A DNA stretch of 64,000 bases from an uncultured Oscillospiraceae bacterium (GTDB lineage Bacteria; Bacillota; Clostridia; Oscillospirales; Ruminococcaceae), in contig CAYJFZ010000005.1 in assembly GCA_964369975.1 (NCBI GenBank), positions 13,150 to 77,149 of the forward strand, in the 5' to 3' direction. Positions within the stretch are counted from its first letter, which is position 1; each line of letters begins with the position of its first letter. The notes under the pieces are model-generated. The model was not told the origin of the DNA. It did no database searches and was given only the letters and a program-made list of their open reading frames with translations. The position numbers and the translations under genes are program-made. Shown piece after piece: positions 57,059-64,000 of the stretch.

Positions 57059-58528
57059 TTATTTTTTCGAGGAGGTATTTTGAGCCATCATATTTTGATT
57101 CATCGGTAGAGTTACTATAAATTCTGTATATCTTGAAACAACGCTTTTCACTTCAATTTTACCACCTATTTTAGTAAGTAATGTCTGCACTATAAACAAA
57201 CCTATACCTGCACCTTTTTTATTAATACTCCTACTTTTATCAGACTTATAAAATCTTTCAAAAATATACGGAATATCTTTTTTAGGTATGCCCTCGCCTG
57301 TGTTTCTAATTCTTATTACAACATTATCTTGCGCCTTTGGTTTTTTTACATCTAATAAAATTTCTCCGTTTTTAGGAGTGAATTTTACTGCATTATTATA
57401 GATGTTATATATAATTTGATGCACAATATCAGCATCAGTATAAATATTTAATGGCTGAGGCTCAAAACCTTTAATTGTAATATTTTTTTCTTCTACTTCA
57501 CTTTCGTGACCTAATACTATTGTTGAAATAGTATCCCAAATATCATAAGTTGCCATATTGTATTCATAGTTTTCTTCTTGCGCTTTTGACATTTCAAGCA
57601 TACTGTTAGTAAGTCTTGCAAGTCTTCCTATTTCATCACTTACAATTTTTAAGTATTTATCTTGCTCATTTGTCTGTATCGTTCCATCTAAAATACCATC
57701 AATAAAGCCTTTAATGCTCGTCATCGGTGTTCTTAGCTCATGCGATATATTCGCTATAAAGTTAGACTGTGACTCCTCGTTATTTTCAACAAAGCTTGCC
57801 ATAGCATTAAATGTTTCTGATAGTTGAGTAATCTCTGCTGCGCCTTTTTTTACATCAACCCTTGCTGAGAAATTACCAAGGCTGAATTCTTTAGCTGCAT
57901 CTGATACTTTTTCAATAGGGTTAATTATCCTTGAAGTTAAGAAAAACGATACAGCATTAGCAATTATCAAAACAAAGCCCGCTGCAAAAATAAATATCGC
58001 AGTAAGGGACTCTAAGAATAAAGAAATAGTATCACTTTTTGAAGAAACACGCACAAAACCTATATGCTCTTTGTTTGAATTAATTATATCATACATAAGC
58101 ATATACGAGTCTGTTTCTTCATTTTCACTAAGCACCATTTCAAAAGTTATCCCCTCGCCCTCTTCTTGAAGCGAGGTTAAAAAATCTACTCCGGCTTGTC
58201 TGTTTTCTATTATTTCACAACTTGAATTTGAGCTGCATACTAAGCCTTCGTCCTGCGTATTATAAATATGCACAAGGCTATCAGTACTGCTTGAAATGAC
58301 AAACAAATTGTAAAGCAAATCATCTGCTTTTACACTGTCTTCTTTTATAAAAGTATTCATAGCAGAAAGACTTGTCTGCGCCGTTTGCATTAAAATCTGT
58401 CTGCTTTCATTTACAAAATAATTATTTGTAAAATACATAAACACAGTACCTAAAACTCCAAGGGTTAATATCATTATCCCTGTAAAAGCTAAGAAGAACT
58501 GCGAAGCTATACCTCTTTTCATACTCAC
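57059..58528 (-). CDS. sensor histidine kinase (two TM, HAMP, HisKA, HATPase; CssS-like by context)
   Basis: H-box SHELRTPMTSI, N box NAVKFT, G boxes NTGEGI / GAGIGL; start may be the ATG at 58522. Confidence 0.85.
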   Translation of the reverse strand: MSMKRGIASQFFLAFTGIMILTLGVLGTVFMYFTNNYFVNESRQILMQTAQTSLSAMNTFIKEDSVKADDLLYNLFVISSSTDSLVHIYNTQDEGLVCSSNSSCEIIENRQAGVDFLTSLQEEGEGITFEMVLSENEETDSYMLMYDIINSNKEHIGFVRVSSKSDTISLFLESLTAIFIFAAGFVLIIANAVSFFLTSRIINPIEKVSDAAKEFSLGNFSARVDVKKGAAEITQLSETFNAMASFVENNEESQSNFIANISHELRTPMTSIKGFIDGILDGTIQTNEQDKYLKIVSDEIGRLARLTNSMLEMSKAQEENYEYNMATYDIWDTISTIVLGHESEVEEKNITIKGFEPQPLNIYTDADIVHQIIYNIYNNAVKFTPKNGEILLDVKKPKAQDNVVIRIRNTGEGIPKKDIPYIFERFYKSDKSRSINKKGAGIGLFIVQTLLTKIGGKIEVKSVVSRYTEFIVTLPMNQNMMAQNTSSKK

Positions 58529-58613
58529 CTTTTAATTATTATAATTAAAAAAGTTTTAAAGTGTATTTTAGTTTAAAACAACACTTACACTTTAAAACTT
58601 TAATTTACTTAAA

Positions 58614-59312
58614 TTATTTTTCTTCTACTTCAAATTTGTAGCCAACGCCCCAAACAGTTTTAAGGCTCCATTTTTCAGATACGCCCTCAAGTTTTTCTCT
58701 TAGTCTTTTGATGTGCACATCTATTGTTCTACTATCGCCATAGTATTCAAAACCCCACACCTCATCAAGCAATACATCTCTTGTAAAAACCTTGTTTGGA
58801 TTTTTTGCAAGATAATATAATAGCTCTAATTCTTTAGGCGGAGTATCTACTACCATTTCATTTACTTTTAATTCGTATTTAGTTAAATTCACAGCTAAAT
58901 TTTCAAAATAAAGAGCGCCTGTATTATCGCTTTGCGGTTTTGAAGGATTACTTCGTCTTAATACAGCTTTAATTCTTGCTACTACCTCTTTTGTATCAAA
59001 AGGTTTTACAATATAATCATCAGCACCAAGCTCTAAGCCTAACACCTTATCAAAAGTCTCACCCTTTGCAGTTAAAACTATTATAGGTGTCTCGCCTTTA
59101 GCTCTTATTCTTCTGCTTGCTTCCCAGCCATCGACATTCGGCATCATTACATCCATAAGCACTAAGTCGATATGAGTTTGAGAATAAATATCAATAGCTT
59201 CTTGTCCATCATTTGCAGTCCTTGTTTCATATCCTTCTTTTTCTAAGTATAAACGCAACAATTCGCAAATATTTTTGTCATCATCAACAATCAAAATTTT
59301 AATTTTACTCAT
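58614..59312 (-). CDS. OmpR-family response regulator (CssR-like by context)
   Basis: Receiver (LVLMDVMMP) plus winged helix (VWGVGYKF). Confidence 0.88.
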   Translation of the reverse strand: MSKIKILIVDDDKNICELLRLYLEKEGYETRTANDGQEAIDIYSQTHIDLVLMDVMMPNVDGWEASRRIRAKGETPIIVLTAKGETFDKVLGLELGADDYIVKPFDTKEVVARIKAVLRRSNPSKPQSDNTGALYFENLAVNLTKYELKVNEMVVDTPPKELELLYYLAKNPNKVFTRDVLLDEVWGFEYYGDSRTIDVHIKRLREKLEGVSEKWSLKTVWGVGYKFEVEEK

Positions 59313-59645
59313 TATATACCCCTCCTACGATGAGAAAAGTTTTATTTTTAAAAACTTGAGTAAGAGATGTGTTAAAATGTAAAGAATTAATCATTGTAAA
59401 AATTAGTTTTTATTCTAATAATATCGTTACATCTATTATACAACATAAATCAAAATATGAAAAGACTTTTTTTATAAAAATATAATCTTGTTATATATAA
59501 TAAAATGTGTTATACTCAAAATCGATGATATTTTTGTCAATTATTTATAAATTTTACTTGTATTTTTCTTATAAATTCACAAGTATGAATTAAAGGTTTT
59601 TTACATAAAATCAAAAAATTATTACTTAAAATAAAGAGGTGTCTT

Positions 59646-60743
59646 ATGAAATTAGGAATAGTAGGGCTTCCGAATGTCGGAAAAAGCACACTTTTCAACG
59701 CAATAACAAACGCTGGTGCACAAAGTGCAAATTTTCCTTTTTGTACAATCGAGCCAAATGTAGGTATGGTAGCTGTACCTGATGAAAGATTAGATAGACT
59801 AAGCGAGATTTACTCGCCTAAAAAATACACTCCGGCAACAATTGAATTTGTTGACATTGCAGGCCTTGTAAAAGGTGCAAGTCAGGGCGAAGGCCTTGGT
59901 AATAAATTCTTAAGTCATATAAGAGAAGTTGATGCTATCATTCATATGGTTCGTTGTTTTGACAGCGATGATATTATCCATGTTGAGGGCAGTGTTGATC
60001 CATTAAGGGATATAGAAACTATCGATTTAGAATTAATTTTATCAGACTTAGAGATAGTGCAAAGAAGAATAGATAGAACAAACAAGGCTTTAAAAGGCGA
60101 TAAATCTTTAAATGATTTACTAACAATGCTTAAAAGATTAGAAACGCATTTAAGCGAGGGTAAAAATGCAAGGGGCTTTGAAACCCTTTCAGATAACGAA
60201 GAAGCTTGGCTAATAGAGATGCCAATGCTATCAGCAAAGCCTGTAATTTATGCTTGCAACTTATCAGAAGATGATTTATTAAACGGAATAGATGAAAATA
60301 AATACTTCCCAATAGTACAAGAAAAAGCACAAAAAGACAGTAGTGCTTGCCTTGCAATCTGTGCAAAAATAGAAGAAGATGTAAACGGCTTGTCAAAAGA
60401 AGAAAAGCAAGAATTCCTACAAGAATTAGGTCTTGAAATTTCAGGACTTGATAACTTAATCAAAGCAAGTTACTCTTTATTAGGCCTTATCAGCTACCTT
60501 ACAGCCGGAGTTGAGGAAGTAAGGGCGTGGACAATTAAAAAAGGCACAAAGGCACCGGGTGCCGCAGGTAAAATCCACTCCGACTTTGAAAGGGGCTTTA
60601 TAAGAGCAGAAGTTGTAGCCTTTAGCGATTTAGATGAATTAAACACCATGGCAGCGGCAAAAGAAAAAGGCCTTGTAAGAAGCGAGGGCAAAGAATACAT
60701 TGTAAAAGATGGCGATGTTATCTTATTTAGATTTAATGTTTAA
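59646..60743 (+). CDS. ychF: redox-regulated ATPase YchF
   Basis: GIVGLPNVGKSTLFNA, DIAGLVKGAS, C-terminal TGS-like domain with GDVILFRFNV. Confidence 0.95.
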   Translation: MKLGIVGLPNVGKSTLFNAITNAGAQSANFPFCTIEPNVGMVAVPDERLDRLSEIYSPKKYTPATIEFVDIAGLVKGASQGEGLGNKFLSHIREVDAIIHMVRCFDSDDIIHVEGSVDPLRDIETIDLELILSDLEIVQRRIDRTNKALKGDKSLNDLLTMLKRLETHLSEGKNARGFETLSDNEEAWLIEMPMLSAKPVIYACNLSEDDLLNGIDENKYFPIVQEKAQKDSSACLAICAKIEEDVNGLSKEEKQEFLQELGLEISGLDNLIKASYSLLGLISYLTAGVEEVRAWTIKKGTKAPGAAGKIHSDFERGFIRAEVVAFSDLDELNTMAAAKEKGLVRSEGKEYIVKDGDVILFRFNV

Positions 60744-60752
60744 GGAGTTAAT

Positions 60753-61439
60753 ATGAAAACAATTGCAGTAATCGGCGCAATGCCAACAGAAGTAAGCCTT
60801 TTAAAAAATCGTTTAAGCGATGTAAGACAAGAAAATATTGCAGGTCTTAATATTTTCATCGGCACTCTACACTCAAAAACAGTCCTTGTGTGCCAAAGTG
60901 GTATGGGCAAAGTAGCAGCAGGTGCAGCAGCACAAGTATTAATAACGAAATACGGTATAGATGCTTTAATAAATTCAGGAATAGCAGGCAATATGTCAAG
61001 TGAAATAACAGTGGGCGATGTAGTAATTTCAAAAGAGGTTTTATATCATGATGCCCAGCTTGATATGATTAGTCAGCATTACCCACATCTTGAAAGCTAC
61101 ACAGCAAAAGATGAATTAATCGCTGCGGCAAAAAAGGCTTGCCAAGATACAGATACAAAGTTTTTAGTAGGTAAAATAGCAACAGGTGATAAGTTCATCG
61201 GTGATAGCAAAACAAAAAAAGAAATCAACGACTTTTGTAATCCTGACTGCGTTGAAATGGAAGGCGCCGCCATAGCTCATATTTGTTCTAAAAATGATAT
61301 TCCTTTTGTGATAATAAGGGCGATGAGCGATGATGCAGATGAAAAAGCTCATGATGAGCTTGTAGTAAAGCAGTTTGACACTCAAGAATACTGCGATAAA
61401 GCAGCTGACATTTGCGAGTTATGTATTAAATATATATAA
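60753..61439 (+). CDS. mtnN: 5'-methylthioadenosine/S-adenosylhomocysteine nucleosidase
   Basis: IGAMPTEV, SGMGKVAAA, VEMEGAAIA, RAMSDDAD motifs. Confidence 0.9.
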   Translation: MKTIAVIGAMPTEVSLLKNRLSDVRQENIAGLNIFIGTLHSKTVLVCQSGMGKVAAGAAAQVLITKYGIDALINSGIAGNMSSEITVGDVVISKEVLYHDAQLDMISQHYPHLESYTAKDELIAAAKKACQDTDTKFLVGKIATGDKFIGDSKTKKEINDFCNPDCVEMEGAAIAHICSKNDIPFVIIRAMSDDADEKAHDELVVKQFDTQEYCDKAADICELCIKYI

Positions 61440-61441
61440 AT

Positions 61442-61474
61442 AAAAAACAGTGTGAATTTTCACACTGTTTTTTT
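61442..61474. terminator. bidirectional terminator between the convergent mtnN and VanZ-like genes
   Basis: CAGTGTG / CACACTG stem with A- and T-runs. Confidence 0.8.
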
Positions 61475-61475
61475 A

Positions 61476-62177
61476 TTAAATAGCCATAAAAATAAATACA
61501 AAATAAAGACTAAAAGCAATACTAAGCAAATAATATAAATATAACTGCTTTTTAGTAAAATCTTGTAAAAATAAAATTTTTAATAGTAAAAAATAAACTA
61601 AAAATATAATGCCATCTACAAATGAAAAAACATACCTCTCACCTAATAAAATAAACATATCATATAAGTAATATGCTAAAAAAATTAAGGCTTGTAAAGA
61701 AACAGTAGGTATGAATTTCATCGTCTTTATCTTATCATTTTTATTTATTTTAAAAATAATTAAATAAATGCCTATACCTATAACTCCACCTAAAAAATTA
61801 AATACAACATCGTTAATATCACTAACTCCTGTTTTAAAGATAAATTGCATAGCCTCAATAAAGCATGTCATAAGTAAAATAATAATAAGGCTAAAAATCA
61901 CTTCTACCTTCTTTTTCATTGTCATAATAATAATTCCAAAAGGTATAAAAAGCATAGTATTGCTCACCATATCCCAAAAGGAATATCCGCTAAAAAGGTG
62001 AAGTCTTACACTTCTTATTCTATATTCAATAACTAAATTAGTTACATCTACGCCGAATAACTTGTAAATATAATCCCCTAAAATTATAAATCTTTCAACA
62101 CAAAGAACAAAGACTAAAGCTGTATAACAAAAAGTAATAAAATAAAACAAAGCTATTCTTCTTTTTTGATATTTCAT
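61476..62177 (-). CDS. VanZ-like family membrane protein
   Basis: NTMLFIPFGI and DINDVVFNFLGG are characteristic VanZ-like segments; multi-TM. Confidence 0.6.
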   Translation of the reverse strand: MKYQKRRIALFYFITFCYTALVFVLCVERFIILGDYIYKLFGVDVTNLVIEYRIRSVRLHLFSGYSFWDMVSNTMLFIPFGIIIMTMKKKVEVIFSLIIILLMTCFIEAMQFIFKTGVSDINDVVFNFLGGVIGIGIYLIIFKINKNDKIKTMKFIPTVSLQALIFLAYYLYDMFILLGERYVFSFVDGIIFLVYFLLLKILFLQDFTKKQLYLYYLLSIAFSLYFVFIFMAI

Positions 62178-62554
62178 AAAAATTCCCTTTTCTATATCTT
62201 GTTTATGCTAAGATAAACTATAAAATAATATGAATATTATACCATAAAATCCTTTTAATACATACTACATTTATATAGTTAATGATGCAAATATGGTAAT
62301 ATATATCGATGTGTTATATTTTATTGTCATCTTTTGCGATTTTTAATTGTTTAGATATTGTTAAATTATATTTAATATGGTATATTTATTAATATAAAAA
62401 TAGCAAAAATCCCAGCTCAACTTTTTATCATAAATTACGAAATGATTTACTCATAATTTTACTAATATTTGAATATAATTTTCTTGTTAAGGACAATTTT
62501 GCTAATTTTATTTATAAGTAAAAAAACAATTATTAAACTAAACAGGAGGAGAAC

Positions 62555-64000
62555 ATGAACAAATATAAAGGCATGGTAGCATCAAAAGGCATTGTCATTG
62601 GCGAGGCAAGAGTTATAAGTAGGAAAGCTACTGATTTTAAAAGAGTAGTTCAGGCTCCTCATCGCGAAAAATCACTGCTTGAGTCTGCAATTAACTTAGC
62701 TAAAAATGAACTTTCATACTTTATAAACATCTCCGAGGGCGAACATAGCGATATTTTAACATTTCAGCTTGTCCTTTTGAGCGATGAGGGTCTACTTGAG
62801 GGAGTTTATGAGAAAATCGAGCAAGGTTATGGCTCGGCTAAGGCTGTTGAAATTTCAATGGAAGAATACTGCCATAAAATAAAAAGTATCGGCGATGATT
62901 ATTTTATTCACCGCACCTACGATATAAGAGATGTCTTAGGCAGGGTAATAGATATTTTAGATGGCACAAAAAGAGATAGGTTTTCCCTTGATAAGCCTTG
63001 CATAATTTTAGCAGACGATATACTGCCAAGTGATTTAGCAAGCATTGAAAGAGAAAAAGCGCAAGGGTTTATAACAGTAAATGGCTCATACCAAAGCCAC
63101 TCAAATATAATCGCAAGAACAATGGAAATACCATCTATCTGTGGGGTAAGCAATGAAATATTAAACCCTTTACACCACGGCAAAACAGTAGTTTTAGATG
63201 GCATTACAGGCGAAGTTATTATAAATCCAAGTGAGTCTGTTTTAGAATTATACAAGCATAAATTAAAGCAGCAAGAAAAAAATAAATTAATAGCCACTGA
63301 AAGCGACTTAAAAGTCCTTAATTCAAAAACAGGAAAACCAATACGCATATATGCAAACTGTGATGAGGCAATAGATATTCAAAAAAGCATCCATTCAGCC
63401 AGCGCTGAGGGCATCGGCCTTGTAAGGAGTGAAATTTTATTTTTAAAAGATACTCCGCCTACATTCAAAACACAGGTTGAATTTTATGAGGCTTGTATAA
63501 AAGCGAGTGAAGACAAACCTATTTATATAAGAACTTTTGACTTAGGAGCAGATAAGCCTTGCCAAAGCATCACTTTTGAAAAAGAGCCAAACCCAGCTTT
63601 AGGAATGCGTGGCGTTAGACTAAAAAAACTGCATCCTGACTTATTCATAAGTCAGCTTAGGGCTTTATACATAGCAGCAAATAACACTAAAAAAATAAAT
63701 GTTATGATTCCTATGATAACAACAGAGCATGACCTCATTGATTATTTATCTACTGCAAAAGAAGTGCTAAATCGTTTACTTATAGAAGGTTTAGTAACTT
63801 TAGATAATGTTGAGTGGGGCGTAATGATAGAAGTGCCTTCCGCTGCTTTAATTAGTGACACCTTAGCAAAGCATGTTAAATTTTTTAGTATAGGTACAAA
63901 TGATTTAACTCAATATACAACAGCCTCTGATAGGCTAAATCGCTCAGTAGAAGCATATTATAATTTCATGGATGAGGGTGTTTTAAAACTAATTGATATA
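62555..64000 (+). CDS. ptsI: phosphoenolpyruvate-protein phosphotransferase (PTS enzyme I), 3' end beyond window
   Basis: Not in the ORF track because it is open at the window edge. Manual translation from the ATG after the AGGAGGAG RBS gives 482 codons with no stop. It includes GFITVNGSYQSHSNIIAR (phospho-His loop), GIGLVRSEILF and FFSIGTNDLTQYT. Confidence 0.88.
   Translation, partial: MNKYKGMVASKGIVIGEARVISRKATDFKRVVQAPHREKSLLESAINLAKNELSYFINISEGEHSDILTFQLVLLSDEGLLEGVYEKIEQGYGSAKAVEISMEEYCHKIKSIGDDYFIHRTYDIRDVLGRVIDILDGTKRDRFSLDKPCIILADDILPSDLASIEREKAQGFITVNGSYQSHSNIIARTMEIPSICGVSNEILNPLHHGKTVVLDGITGEVIINPSESVLELYKHKLKQQEKNKLIATESDLKVLNSKTGKPIRIYANCDEAIDIQKSIHSASAEGIGLVRSEILFLKDTPPTFKTQVEFYEACIKASEDKPIYIRTFDLGADKPCQSITFEKEPNPALGMRGVRLKKLHPDLFISQLRALYIAANNTKKINVMIPMITTEHDLIDYLSTAKEVLNRLLIEGLVTLDNVEWGVMIEVPSAALISDTLAKHVKFFSIGTNDLTQYTTASDRLNRSVEAYYNFMDEGVLKLIDI

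Noticed and set aside
62917-63348. 143-aa minus-strand ORF
   Set aside because: It is antisense inside the clearly conserved ptsI reading frame (open to the window end), and is a typical shadow ORF.

Overview
AT-rich chromosomal window from an endospore-forming low-GC Firmicute (Clostridia-like; spoIIID, spoVS and the rny-ymdB-spoVS synteny are present). All calls come from reading the supplied translations and the DNA by eye; no homology search was run. Most of the window is core genome. It holds rlmB and a guanine-riboswitch-controlled purine operon (purE-purM-purN-purO-like-purH(AICARFT)-purD-purL). It also holds rplM-rpsI, ttcA-like, alr, a YabE-like G5/3D wall protein and a complete Pho regulon block (pstSCAB-phoU-phoP-phoR with Pho-box-like repeats). 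Further core genes are spoIIID, T-box-controlled pheST, acpS, spoVS-ymdB-rny, T-box-controlled thrS, a CssRS-like two-component system with htrA, ychF, mtnN, a VanZ-like gene and a 3'-truncated ptsI. The main accessory region is about 38.0-49.5 kb. It is a tightly packed, single-strand block of 14 ORFs encoding only head, short-tail and lysis functions: TerS, TerL, portal, scaffold, N4-gp56-like major capsid, tail proteins, an S74 tail fibre, an M23-like lysin and holin-like proteins. I see no integrase, repressor, replication or tube/tape-measure genes in it. It sits between core genes and the 3' end of a tRNA-Lys(UUU). I flag it as a candidate domesticated, GTA-like particle locus. Other notable items: a 1019-aa protein with a long acidic N-terminal half fused to a degenerate P1B-type ATPase-like membrane domain; a near-perfect 201-bp tandem repeat that reiterates the rpsI 3' end and terminator; a duplicated ~62-nt hairpin element flanking a 47-aa ORF; a MazF/EndoA-like toxin with no adjacent antitoxin; and a DnaA-box-like cluster at the window start.
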